From the NCBI GenBank assembly GCA_000002435.2, contig CM018792.1: a DNA stretch of 64,000 nucleotides. One strand, written 5' to 3'. A model generated the notes under the pieces. That model was not told where the DNA came from. It was given only the letters and a program-made list of their open reading frames with translations, and searched no databases. A program made the translations under genes and the position numbers. This document shows positions 1 through 9,888 of the stretch, piece by piece. Within the stretch, counting starts at the first letter, position 1. Each line of letters starts with the position of its first letter. This DNA is from Giardia intestinalis. Its lineage: Eukaryota.

Positions 1-43
1 CTTAGAGACATAATCTGACGCGACATGACGTGACAATTTTAAA

Positions 44-3000
44 ATGATGCTCCTTCTGGCCCTGCTCCTTCAGATCTTGGCGTTTGACGCCATCATTGAT
101 CTAGGATGCGGGACATATCAGGTTGGTACGCTTAAAAAGAGTGCTGTCGGCAATCCAGTGGATATGATTCTTAACTCGCAATCTAAGCGGCATACGCCTT
201 CTCTCGTTGCATATGACGGAGAAGTCTTTTTTGTGGGCGAGTATGCGGAGATCTTTCAGAAACGCAAACCCGGGCTTGTCTTCTCTGGATTTACTGCAGG
301 AGTCATGGAAGACGCTTTAAACTTTGCAATGGACCCTGACGCCTCAGAGCTCAGCGTTTTTAAGGGGCAGCCAGCGACAACTCTCCTCACTGCGCTCATC
401 AACCACCTTGTTCATTCTCAGATTAATAGACCCAACGAAACCATTGATGTCACGCTTACAATTCCTCCGGGCCTCACTCTCCCGGAGATCTCAGCCATCC
501 GGGGCGCCATTGAAGCGGTTCCTGGAGTAAAGCTCCTCACTACTGTACCAATTCCGGTGGCAACGGCTATTACCTATTTGAGCTCACGGATGGGGACGAT
601 TAACAGGACGACAGTTTCTTCTATGTCTTTTGTGGTTGTGGACCTGGGATATCACAGCACAGACGTCTCTGTCGTGGAGGCTCTTTTTAAGCCAGACTCA
701 ACAGATGTTCAGATGCGTGTTGTGGCGACCAGCAGCTTGAAAGTAGGTGGTCATGCGGTAACAGAAGCACTAATTGAGAAGTATATCAGCCCAAACATTC
801 CCGGGCTCTCTTTCAGAAAGGATCTGCGGAAGTACAAACGGGCATACGAAGCTATCGAGAGGAGCAAAACCGCCCTTTCTGCTAATACTGAGACACGCAT
901 GGTGGTCGAAAGTGTCTTGCAAGATGGAGGGGATCTTCATGTTACGCTACTGCGTAGCCAGCTGAACGATCTATTGGATGAGATGTACAACGAGACAGCA
1001 ATGCAGCAGTTTGCAGAACTACGTGCATTGGTGGCTGAAAAATATAAGGACTCCATTTTCTACTTCTATGGTGCAGCGTCTCGCGCACTCCACATGCAAG
1101 CAAAAATGGAGCTGTTCTTTAACACAAGCATCCAGAAGACAGTTAATCTGGATGAGGGGGCGATATACGGTGCTGCCCTCATAGCTGCGCGATATGGGTC
1201 CGGTCATCGTGTTAGTTATAAATTCATTCCCAGCGATCAAACGCGGCCTCAGCTCTTTTATATTCCCAATAGACCGACGACCGAGGAAAGCGAGCATCTA
1301 AGTAACAACAGTGTAACGTCCATCCCGCTAATGAGGCTTAATCCTTACCAACGTAAAAGCATCAATAACGAAATATTTCCATATTTAGATGACGAATTCA
1401 TTGTATCTAATCAAACTATCACTATCAATCTTGAGAAAGAGGTCGATGTAGAGATTGATGACGCAGCCGAAGAAACGAAGGGGCATGCCTTGGAATCTGA
1501 CGAAACCTCCCTTGGAGATGATCTAGACACAGATGTGGCCGAAGGAGAGCCATTTGACGTAGCTCAAGACCCCTCAGCAAACAGTGAGCGCTCAGAGCAA
1601 CAGGAGCAGTCGGAAAAGGTATACGAAGACACCGAGCTGCCTCTCAATGAAACAGATATCGCTGAACGGCTGAAGAAGGCCCTTGAAAATATATCGCTAG
1701 AGCTACCTGAGAAGAAGAAAGTGCAAAAAACAATCTCCATCACTCCTCATAATATTACTGCGAAGTGGATCTCCACAAAAACCACTCCTTTTTATCAGAT
1801 AAACATAAGTGCTGGAGACCTCTTATCGATTGGCTGCAACTTCTACCTCCCAGAGTTCAAGCAGGAGTCTGTGCTGAGCAAATATTCCACTGGTTCTGTT
1901 GTCAAAGAGAAGGACCTTGCGCAACTAGAAAAGGACGTTTCTAATTATAATGCAAAGATTGAGCTTATAACAGAGGCTCTAAGGCAGTATCTCAAATATC
2001 CTCGACCAACAGCAACGAACAAGAAGCAGCGAAAAGATGACATGCAAGACACAAGGGACATACGTGTTAAGTTTTTGGTTAACATCACAACAGATTCTGC
2101 ATCCATACCATCTATTAACTTTGCAGCAATCCAGGTTCAAAATTGGTCCGATTATAATGCCGAGCTTCAAGAGCTTATAAAGGCCAAGAAGACAGACAAG
2201 AAACCTAAGGCTAAAGTTAAGGCCGTGGATATAGAGTTTGAGAGGAGGTGCCACGTGACCTTCAGCCCGGCGTTTTGGAACGGAACAGAGGTCTTTGCCA
2301 ATGGGTATAAGCTCATAGAAGATGCAAATAAGGTGCTACAGAACAGAAACCACTTGAGTCACAGCGTAAATGAAATAGAAAGCGTCATATATGCCGCACG
2401 TGACCTGCTGGAGAAGCACCCACCGAGTAAGATGGACGAGGGCGACGTCTTACTTTATGCGAGCGAGGGTGAGTCTATCGTTAAAGCGATTGACTCTGCC
2501 AAGCTTTTCATGGAAGAATTGGAAGAGAAGGAACCGTGTGGCGTTAACAACACCTGTGTGGTAGAGCGACTGACATCGACTAACGAGACTGTCAGTGCAC
2601 TGCGCAACGCCATGAAAGTCGTTTCAGATAGGCTTGCACACATCAAATGTATCGTCCCTCTTCGCGAGAGCTTTGGTAGCTATATTGCAGACCGGAATTA
2701 TTCCGTCAATAGCCTAAGAGCATACTCGAGGCTTCTGAAGGCAGATACAGCCGGAGAGGAAGGAACTGAAGCAGCAAATATTGCAGTGAGCGACAACGTC
2801 ATCAGCGAGCTGGCTAAACTTAATGAAACCATGAACTCTTTGAATCTGACGATGACATTGAACACTACGGTTGATCAGCTCAGGGAGCTCCGTGACACAG
2901 AGCTCATATGTCGCACAATGACTACACTGGATATTGACTCTCTAGTCAAGGACTACCAGGACGAAGAGGAGAAGCTAGAAACGGAGAAGCTGGAGGCAGA

Positions 3001-3775
3001 AAAGGAGCAAAAGAACAAATCATGGTTCAAAAAGATGATCGGCAAAGGAGGCTCTGAGATAGAGGAAAAAGAGAAAAAGATTCTCTACACAAAAGATGTC
3101 ATTCGCCGTTTGAAACGTGCGAAGATAGACTGTGGTACATTCACGCGATCTGCGGACAGACTGAGAACAAAAATAGATAATGTCGCAGACTTGCATAAAA
3201 AGGCATCAGATCTCTATGCAAGCATCACTGCAGAACTTCAGATGAGGCCAGAAACTAACTGCACGGTAGTCAATGAAACCCGCACTGATCTGGACAAAGC
3301 CATCCGGGAAGCTCGCTGGCAAATAGCCCATACCCAGGAGATTGTAAAGAATACAAAGCTGGCCTCGCTGACAAACGAAATACGGAAACTGAACGAAAAG
3401 GCCCAGAACCACCTTTCATATGCCAAAACGCTATTTCAGCTTCTAAGATCCATCTCAGACGTCAATCTAGAAGATATCACACAAGATGTCCAGGGAAAAC
3501 TCGACGAACTGGTTATTCTTCTTCGCAGATTGCGCGTCACAACTGTGTCAGAAAAACTGCTGGAGTATCTTAAAAATGGAGGGATTGCAGAGCTGAAAGA
3601 GCGCAACGCCTTTGCAGAGGAGCCATCAGAGGCAACGTTTGAAGAATACAACTCCAACGTAACGTCTGTGTTGAAAGCTGCTTTGTTGCCATCACCTTCC
3701 GCAAATGAAACTGTTGCTGATACGGCCAACAAAACTACAATTAACGCTACCAGCACCAAAAAGGAAGAGCTGTAA
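44..3775 (+). CDS. ER-lumenal Hsp70-superfamily chaperone, GRP170/Lhs1-like (divergent)
   Basis: ATG start with a hydrophobic N-terminal signal-like peptide MMLLLALLLQILAFDA. Hsp70 nucleotide-binding motifs are present in degenerate form: IDLGCGTYQVG (phosphate-1-like) and VVDLGYHSTDVSVV (phosphate-2-like). A long coiled, charged C-terminal extension (1243 aa total) is typical of Hsp110/GRP170. Many NxS/T sequons. The C-terminal tetrapeptide KEEL is a KDEL-type ER retrieval motif. Confidence 0.6.
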   Translation: MMLLLALLLQILAFDAIIDLGCGTYQVGTLKKSAVGNPVDMILNSQSKRHTPSLVAYDGEVFFVGEYAEIFQKRKPGLVFSGFTAGVMEDALNFAMDPDASELSVFKGQPATTLLTALINHLVHSQINRPNETIDVTLTIPPGLTLPEISAIRGAIEAVPGVKLLTTVPIPVATAITYLSSRMGTINRTTVSSMSFVVVDLGYHSTDVSVVEALFKPDSTDVQMRVVATSSLKVGGHAVTEALIEKYISPNIPGLSFRKDLRKYKRAYEAIERSKTALSANTETRMVVESVLQDGGDLHVTLLRSQLNDLLDEMYNETAMQQFAELRALVAEKYKDSIFYFYGAASRALHMQAKMELFFNTSIQKTVNLDEGAIYGAALIAARYGSGHRVSYKFIPSDQTRPQLFYIPNRPTTEESEHLSNNSVTSIPLMRLNPYQRKSINNEIFPYLDDEFIVSNQTITINLEKEVDVEIDDAAEETKGHALESDETSLGDDLDTDVAEGEPFDVAQDPSANSERSEQQEQSEKVYEDTELPLNETDIAERLKKALENISLELPEKKKVQKTISITPHNITAKWISTKTTPFYQINISAGDLLSIGCNFYLPEFKQESVLSKYSTGSVVKEKDLAQLEKDVSNYNAKIELITEALRQYLKYPRPTATNKKQRKDDMQDTRDIRVKFLVNITTDSASIPSINFAAIQVQNWSDYNAELQELIKAKKTDKKPKAKVKAVDIEFERRCHVTFSPAFWNGTEVFANGYKLIEDANKVLQNRNHLSHSVNEIESVIYAARDLLEKHPPSKMDEGDVLLYASEGESIVKAIDSAKLFMEELEEKEPCGVNNTCVVERLTSTNETVSALRNAMKVVSDRLAHIKCIVPLRESFGSYIADRNYSVNSLRAYSRLLKADTAGEEGTEAANIAVSDNVISELAKLNETMNSLNLTMTLNTTVDQLRELRDTELICRTMTTLDIDSLVKDYQDEEEKLETEKLEAEKEQKNKSWFKKMIGKGGSEIEEKEKKILYTKDVIRRLKRAKIDCGTFTRSADRLRTKIDNVADLHKKASDLYASITAELQMRPETNCTVVNETRTDLDKAIREARWQIAHTQEIVKNTKLASLTNEIRKLNEKAQNHLSYAKTLFQLLRSISDVNLEDITQDVQGKLDELVILLRRLRVTTVSEKLLEYLKNGGIAELKERNAFAEEPSEATFEEYNSNVTSVLKAALLPSPSANETVADTANKTTINATSTKKEEL

Positions 3776-3796
3776 AAATTCTGTGTGTAAATCTCT

Positions 3797-4159
3797 ATGG
3801 CGGTGATTATGGTACGTTGTATCAGTTCGTTCGAGCATGGTGTGGTGCTGTATATGCCCGTCAAAGTGAACGGAGGAGAGACGTTAGCAGACGTGGCCCA
3901 ACAGGTATGTCAACGTGTAAAGACAGAACCCAAATACAAGCCTCTTAAAACGCGGGTTGAGGCCTTCGATACCTTCAAAGTCTATGTCACGCCCGGCCAA
4001 GCAAAGCCCCCCAACCTGGTCATAGCACCCGAAGGCAACGAATTTACGTCGGATAACTGGAGAGGATTGGATGAGCTGGGAATAGAACCTGGCACCGAGC
4101 TTTCGTTCTTCTCCAGTAGCGCCTACAAAAGGTATAAAGAGGGCCGGGCGGCAGAGTAA
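3797..4159 (+). CDS. Small hypothetical protein (120 aa), possible ubiquitin-like/beta-grasp fold
   Basis: ATG at 3797 preceded by AT-rich sequence. Uninterrupted 120-codon ORF. The motif GIEPGTELSFF resembles a UBL beta-grasp C-terminal strand. No confident family assignment. Confidence 0.35.
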   Translation: MAVIMVRCISSFEHGVVLYMPVKVNGGETLADVAQQVCQRVKTEPKYKPLKTRVEAFDTFKVYVTPGQAKPPNLVIAPEGNEFTSDNWRGLDELGIEPGTELSFFSSSAYKRYKEGRAAE

Positions 4160-4182
4160 GTGCGCTTCCGGTCTCATAAAAA

Positions 4183-4959
4183 ATGGAGTCCGTATCTATG
4201 TCAAAGGACGTACTAATCGTTGGCTCTGACGGAGTAGAAGTTATAGTTCCAAAGCAGCTTGTGGCATGCTCCTTAGTTTTGCGGCGACAATCCATTTTGG
4301 GACCCATTACAATGTCATACACTGGAAAAGAGCTGTCCAGTGCAATAGCTACTTACATGGAATGTTTCTTGGCAGGGAAGCACCAGCAAATGGACCCTAG
4401 GGAGGCTGAAATATTAGAGGAAATGGGCCTGGGAGACGCGTCTACAGAGCAGCAACAGCAACAACACACCTGCCAAGCCACAGATCGGGAACCCAGCACT
4501 GGACAGAGATATTCACTTGGAGGTTGTCCCTATCACCACCAGACCCAGGAGATTACGTCATATAATGTTAACGATGCTAACGACATGGCGGATGTAACCA
4601 ATTTACCGACGATCACACTGGAAGAATTTCTGGCCAATGATGGGTCCGATGGCCGCAGACTTTGGATCTTGATAGACACAATAGTATTTGACGTGACAGA
4701 GTACCTTAATAAGCACCCTGGCGGAAGGGTTCCATTGCTAAATGGAGCCGGGAAGGACTCGACGCTGCAGTTCTATCAGCATCATGGCCGCAAGGGCAAC
4801 ACTAGACCGTTATTTAACCGCCTCAGATGCTTGGCAACGGGCCGTATGGACTCGTCCGACCTTCAGCGTGTGCCTGGATATCAAAAGATGAATGTAGAGG
4901 AGTGTGGTAATTCCTCCCTTAGAAAGCAGTTCCTTCAGTATTTTCATGTTGTAGAATGA
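4183..4959 (+). CDS. Cytochrome b5-like heme-binding domain protein with N-terminal extension
   Basis: C-terminal region ITLEEFLANDGSDGRRLWILIDTIVFDVTEYLNKHPGGRVPLLNGAGKDSTLQFYQHH matches the cytochrome b5 fold, including the HPGG heme-ligand motif and a second His. ATG preceded by aaaaa. Confidence 0.8.
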   Translation: MESVSMSKDVLIVGSDGVEVIVPKQLVACSLVLRRQSILGPITMSYTGKELSSAIATYMECFLAGKHQQMDPREAEILEEMGLGDASTEQQQQQHTCQATDREPSTGQRYSLGGCPYHHQTQEITSYNVNDANDMADVTNLPTITLEEFLANDGSDGRRLWILIDTIVFDVTEYLNKHPGGRVPLLNGAGKDSTLQFYQHHGRKGNTRPLFNRLRCLATGRMDSSDLQRVPGYQKMNVEECGNSSLRKQFLQYFHVVE

Positions 4960-4981
4960 ACACGCGGGCTTGTGCAGGCAT

Positions 4982-6238
4982 TTAGGACACGATTTTAACG
5001 GAGTAATTGCAGCACCTCTTCTGTTGGCTTAGGCACCCATAGGAAGAGAAGCATACATTAGAAGCAATCTCTTCATCTGGGGACACATACTCTATCTCAA
5101 TAGTGATGTTATGGACCTCTAAACTATGGAAGACAGATTTGACATCCTTCATGATCTGGCAGTGTCTTGTTCGGTCAATGGCGCCCGAGGGATTACAGAC
5201 GACTACGTGACAGTGGCCGATAACAGTCTCATCTGTAAATGTCCAAACGTGCAGGTCGTGTACGCCCAAGACACCGTCCACATCGAGGACCCTCTCTTTC
5301 AAAACGTCCAGAGAGAGGCCTTCGGGGATGGCCTGAAGTAGTATTCGTATGGTGGACTTCAACAGAGGGACTGCTGCACAAACTATTATTATGACCATGA
5401 GCATGGTAGTCATCGGGTCAACCAAGTGAGCAAGGGGATGCGTGACAAACTTTTGTACTAGTGCAGACACGATAGCAACCACAGACCCCATCAGGTCTCC
5501 GAGGACGTGGAGAAACACACCATGCATAGTAATGTTTCTCTGTTTCTTGGGGCCTCTGTGCCCCCTTCTCCTTCTCTTCTGAGCGCCATTAAGGAGCAGT
5601 GTAGTAGACTCAGGTGTGAGCGCAGTGCTGACCACTTGAACGGTGGAAGCAAGCGCATGGGAACCAAGAGAACTCTCAGAATTCCCGTCCGAGTGATCTG
5701 GATGACCTGACTCGTGGTAGTCCTGACAACCGGTATCATGAGCATGAGCATGATCATGATCATGGGCATTCCCGTGCTCATGGAAAATGAAGAGTCCTGC
5801 AATATTGACTACCAAACCGCCGATTGCCACGCCCAAGACTAAATCGATATGGTTCAAGTCAACTCCCTCTGCGGTGATTAGCTTCTGAACAGCTTCTGTC
5901 ACAAGAAAGAAAGCAGTAGATAGGAGAAAGGATGCATTAAAAAACCCTCCTATGGTTTCGCTTCGCTTATATCCAAAGGTAGCCTGTGCCGATGCCTGCT
6001 TCCTCCCCAAAACAAGAGAGATCAGACCTATGACAAGAGATAGCAGGTCTGACAGCATATGAAAGGCGTCTCCCACAAGGGTGAGGGAGTTTCCAACTAT
6101 GCCGACTATAAGCTCTGCCAGCATGTAGAAGAAGACCATCACCAGCATTGCAATCAGACGGCCGGTTCGGCTGTCCTTGGGCCGGATGTACTCTTGATTG
6201 ATAAGGTCTTCTGAGGTGGACTGGCACTCTGGGCTCAT
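4982..6238 (-). CDS. Cation diffusion facilitator (ZnT/SLC30-like) zinc transporter
   Basis: TM helices with the CDF signature LAELIVGIVGNSLTLVGDAFHMLSDLLSLVIGLISL. His-rich cytoplasmic loop HGNAHDHDHAHAHD. VFLHVLGDLMGSVVAIVSALV matches TM5 of the family. The ORF-track start at 6325 is a TTG; the first ATG is at 6238 (MSPECQ...) and is preceded by gagattttaaaagttttc. Confidence 0.8.
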   Translation of the reverse strand: MSPECQSTSEDLINQEYIRPKDSRTGRLIAMLVMVFFYMLAELIVGIVGNSLTLVGDAFHMLSDLLSLVIGLISLVLGRKQASAQATFGYKRSETIGGFFNASFLLSTAFFLVTEAVQKLITAEGVDLNHIDLVLGVAIGGLVVNIAGLFIFHEHGNAHDHDHAHAHDTGCQDYHESGHPDHSDGNSESSLGSHALASTVQVVSTALTPESTTLLLNGAQKRRRRGHRGPKKQRNITMHGVFLHVLGDLMGSVVAIVSALVQKFVTHPLAHLVDPMTTMLMVIIIVCAAVPLLKSTIRILLQAIPEGLSLDVLKERVLDVDGVLGVHDLHVWTFTDETVIGHCHVVVCNPSGAIDRTRHCQIMKDVKSVFHSLEVHNITIEIEYVSPDEEIASNVCFSSYGCLSQQKRCCNYSVKIVS

Positions 6239-6399
6239 GAAAACTTTTAAAATCTCGCGTGATTTTTGAGCAGATTGGGTTGGTACCAGAAGATTTGATT
6301 TTAGTGGGTTTCTAATAATGTGCAATATTTAAATGGAAAGCTGCCACATGAGAATGAAAAAGACCTTCAGATGCAATATATAATTGAATTGAAAGAACA
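6239..6399. promoter_or_regulatory. Divergent (bidirectional) AT-rich initiator region between the CDF transporter and eIF2-gamma genes
   Basis: 161-bp AT-rich spacer separating two divergently oriented ATGs. Giardia promoters are short AT-rich initiator elements abutting the start codon (established knowledge). Confidence 0.3.
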
Positions 6400-7836
6400 A
6401 TGGCCGATTCCCTTGGAACCCTTCCGCTGACACCGATGTATCTCTCACAGCAACCATTTCTGAAGCCAGAAGAGCTCCACCCGACCCATCCTGACGTGAT
6501 TTCCCGTCAAGCAACGATTAACATAGGGACTATTGGCCACGTTGCTCACGGCAAGTCAACCCTCGTCAAGGCCATCACGGGGATCACCACCGGGCGCTTC
6601 CACTCAGAAATGGAAAGGAACATCACAATAAAGCTAGGATACGCAAACGCCAAGATATTCAAGTGTCCGAAGTGTCCGGAGCCCCACAACTACTTCCCCA
6701 CAAGCTCTAGCATGCCAGACAACAGTAAGTGCAAGATGTGCGGCTCTGTCGGAACGCTTGTTAGACACATTTCTTTCGTAGATTGCCCAGGACACGACTT
6801 TTACATGGCAACGATGCTTACTGGCGCCTGTGTCATGGATGCTGCTCTGCTGCTCATTGCAGCCGATCAGCCCTGCCCACAGAGCCAGACCAAAGAGCAC
6901 CTGGCGGCCATAGACATTGCAGGAATAACTAAGGCCGATAGAGTCATCATAGTACAGAATAAGATTGACCTCATTAAGGAGCAGGAGGCAAAGAGCCACC
7001 ATCAGCAGATAGTCAACTACCTGAACATATCGTTAAAAACCAAGAATCCCCACATCATCCCTACGTCCGCAGTGAGTGGATATAATGTTGACCTAGTGCT
7101 CCACCACATTGTGAACAAGCTCCCAATACCGAAGCGGGACCTTACGCTGCCGCCACTCTTCATGGTGATACGCTCCTTCGACGTCAACAAGCCGGGGTAT
7201 GACATCGATAACATTCGCGGCGGTGTTGCTGGTGGAACGCTTCTTCAAGGCATGTTTAAGCTGGGAGACACCGTGGAAATTCGCCCCGGATACACCATCA
7301 TGAATGAGAAGACTGGCAAGTGCTCGTGCTATCCCCTCATAACAAAGATTATCTCCATCAAGGCAGATGAGAACGAGCTGCGCTATGCCATCCCTGGTGG
7401 GCTCATCGCCATCGGCACCTTCATAGACCCCTCATACACGCGCCAGGACAGGCTGGTCGGGTCTGTAATAGGATATCCAGGACACATGCCCCCAATAAGG
7501 CTCAACATAACTATTTATTATGAACTGATGCACCAGCTAATCTCTGCCGTCAACACAAATAACACTAAGATAGCAGTATTAGCGGTGAACGAGGTTATTC
7601 TTTTCACAATAGGGAGCAACTCTGTTAGCGGAACTATTAAGGCCGTCAGGACTGTCAATGGTGTGGAGAAGATCGCGGATGTCGTAATGAATAAGCCCAT
7701 ATGCGCCAAGACTGGCGAGCAGATAGCAATTAGCAGAAAGATAGCAACCGGGGCCTCCAGAAGCTGGCGTCTGATAGGCTGGGGGAAGATTCAGGATAAT
7801 CCGGATTGGGAAAATCTCAATTCTACAGAAGCGTAG
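6400..7836 (+). CDS. EIF2S3: Translation initiation factor eIF2 gamma subunit
   Basis: GTPase G1 motif GHVAHGKSTL, G3 motif DCPGHD and G4 motif NKID. Internal zinc ribbon CPKCPEP...CKMCGS before the switch region. Domains II/III are conserved, e.g. GGVAGGTLLQGMFKLGDTVEIRPG. Confidence 0.9.
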   Translation: MADSLGTLPLTPMYLSQQPFLKPEELHPTHPDVISRQATINIGTIGHVAHGKSTLVKAITGITTGRFHSEMERNITIKLGYANAKIFKCPKCPEPHNYFPTSSSMPDNSKCKMCGSVGTLVRHISFVDCPGHDFYMATMLTGACVMDAALLLIAADQPCPQSQTKEHLAAIDIAGITKADRVIIVQNKIDLIKEQEAKSHHQQIVNYLNISLKTKNPHIIPTSAVSGYNVDLVLHHIVNKLPIPKRDLTLPPLFMVIRSFDVNKPGYDIDNIRGGVAGGTLLQGMFKLGDTVEIRPGYTIMNEKTGKCSCYPLITKIISIKADENELRYAIPGGLIAIGTFIDPSYTRQDRLVGSVIGYPGHMPPIRLNITIYYELMHQLISAVNTNNTKIAVLAVNEVILFTIGSNSVSGTIKAVRTVNGVEKIADVVMNKPICAKTGEQIAISRKIATGASRSWRLIGWGKIQDNPDWENLNSTEA

Positions 7837-7841
7837 GGTGC

Positions 7842-8711
7842 TCAAAGCTGTGCTATCAGGGCTCGCGCCTCGTGGCAGTATCCGCCTCCAAACATCAGTG
7901 CATGATTGAGCATGTGAAAGAGATTGTAAATAGGGACTTTTCTCTTAAACTCTGGACTGATGGGGAGAACGCTGCCGTAGTCTCGTAGAAAGTTGGAATC
8001 GAAGCCTCCAAAGAGCTGAGTCATTGCTAGATCCACCTCATTATCTCCATAGTAACACGCTGGATCGTATATGCAGGGCACCCCGCCGGATGAACCTGCG
8101 TTTCCTCCCCACAGATCGCCGTGTAACAGCATCGGCACAACAGATGATGCGAGAGTCAGCAACTGATCACGTACACGCTCCACTGCACCTTGTCTTGTAA
8201 CTCCCTTGGGGAGGACTTTACCAAGAGCCCCAGCGCTTTCGAGCTTGAGGAGAACGTCATTGATCCTGTGCTCTGCAAACCACTCTGGCCAGCCTTGGCT
8301 TGTCTGAGCGTTATCTAACTCCGTTGACCCACAGAAAGTCCTGCACGGAAAGCCAAACTTCTCTGCTACCGAGCCTTTATGCATGGCAGCAAGATGTCTT
8401 CCGAGACCAGATGTGTCTCCAGAGAGACCCTTGAGTTGCGTCATGAGAAGATATGACTTGCCATTAAAGGTACCCACTGAAATTGGGCGAGGACACAGTA
8501 CAGACCTTGTCTCCGAAATGGCCTTCAGCCCATGGTACTCTCCCCTGAATGCCAATTCAGCGTCAGGTCCACCAAGCTTAAGGAATAGAGGCTCCGGTGC
8601 ACGTATTGCATATGTTGATGAAAAGCAACTGCCGCTCATTTCACAAATAGAATCCGGCGTAATACCCTTGATTGATAAGCTATCCAGAAGATTGACCACA
8701 AGAGCGCTCAT
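7842..8711 (-). CDS. Fructosamine/ketosamine-3-kinase family (protein-kinase-like fold) protein
   Basis: LLHGDLWGGNAG matches the FN3K-family catalytic motif LLHGDLWSGN. 289 aa, ATG start. Its stop codon lies 5 bp from the eIF2-gamma stop (convergent pair). Confidence 0.65.
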   Translation of the reverse strand: MSALVVNLLDSLSIKGITPDSICEMSGSCFSSTYAIRAPEPLFLKLGGPDAELAFRGEYHGLKAISETRSVLCPRPISVGTFNGKSYLLMTQLKGLSGDTSGLGRHLAAMHKGSVAEKFGFPCRTFCGSTELDNAQTSQGWPEWFAEHRINDVLLKLESAGALGKVLPKGVTRQGAVERVRDQLLTLASSVVPMLLHGDLWGGNAGSSGGVPCIYDPACYYGDNEVDLAMTQLFGGFDSNFLRDYGSVLPISPEFKRKVPIYNLFHMLNHALMFGGGYCHEARALIAQL

Positions 8712-9888
8712 GGACTCTTAAAATTAACATTACTTTAACGCAGAGACCTTTAATACAGAGACTCGAACAGCGTGATAAACTTTAATCTGTACAAGTGTGT
8801 AGGGTATGCAAAGCGTGTCCAGGTTTGAAAGTTGTATGGAATTGGAGCTTTCAAGTATGGGTCAGACTTTCATTTGAAGCCCGTCATGGAGCTGGTTCAT
8901 TGGAAAACAGCAACTGTGTGTGTCGTGGCCAATGCAATCATGAGCCTCTAGCTGACCCTCTTTATTCTCAATACAGCATTGAAGCGTGCTTATCTATGTT
9001 AGAGAGTTGAGCCTATGCAATATGAGTGAAAGCTGTCTTGCTTTTTCCACTAGGTGCAAAGCTGTGGCACGGTTTCACACCTGGGCATACATCCTTTGTC
9101 AATGATAAGTGGATTCAGGCCGCGCGTGTTATCGGCCCTGTCTTCAAACCCGATGACACGAATGACCTGGATGCGCAAAGCTCATACAGACGCGTGATTC
9201 TGCCATAAGAGTGGTGATCCAGAAAGGAGTTTCAGGAAGGTTATTAAGGATATCGACAAAGTTGGGCCTACTAATCTATAAGCCAGAAAACGGAGATCAG
9301 CCCATAAAGGTAAGCCACACTGCATTTCCACGTCAGTGCTCTGTGAGGACTAAGGGCTAAGTGGTGTGGATACTTTTGGCAATCCCTTTACAACGAAGCA
9401 CCAAGAGTACTGAATTTCTGGGCCCTTGGAATCTATCCTGTTGACTCTGATGCATTCTAAGGGTGATTATGGTTGTGCAAGGTCTGCTTTTGTATGGTTT
9501 GCTATAGGACAATTAGACCATAGAATACTATATGCTGGGATAAAGCCGCTTACTGAAAATGGATAGAGCGGTATCCATGGCGTTGCCCACGTCGGCGCCC
9601 TGTTGCGAACCCCTTCCATACGTGATGACTGGTCTCCGCAACACGGCCTAGGGAGCGCGCGTTGGCCCTCCCATGTGCCCGTTCCCTAGGCCGTGTTACG
9701 GATACTGGCAAGCCAAGATGTGCGTATCGCTCGAGGCCAGTCGTCGCATATGGGAGGGGCATGCGATGGGGGCTCTTGCGCTGGAGGCAGCTGGTCTGAC
9801 AGAGGTCCGGGTGGACAACGTCCTGAGTTCTGGAATTCATTTGATTGAAGCGATAACTTCTTTGTTAGTTAAAGAATTTACATAATTA

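Noticed and set aside
8795-9208. 71-aa and 60-aa plus-strand ORFs in the FN3K-GPI8 spacer
   Set aside because: No domain similarity and no AT-rich initiator. I considered a two-exon gene, but no Giardia-type intron boundaries (GTATGT...ACACACAG) are present.
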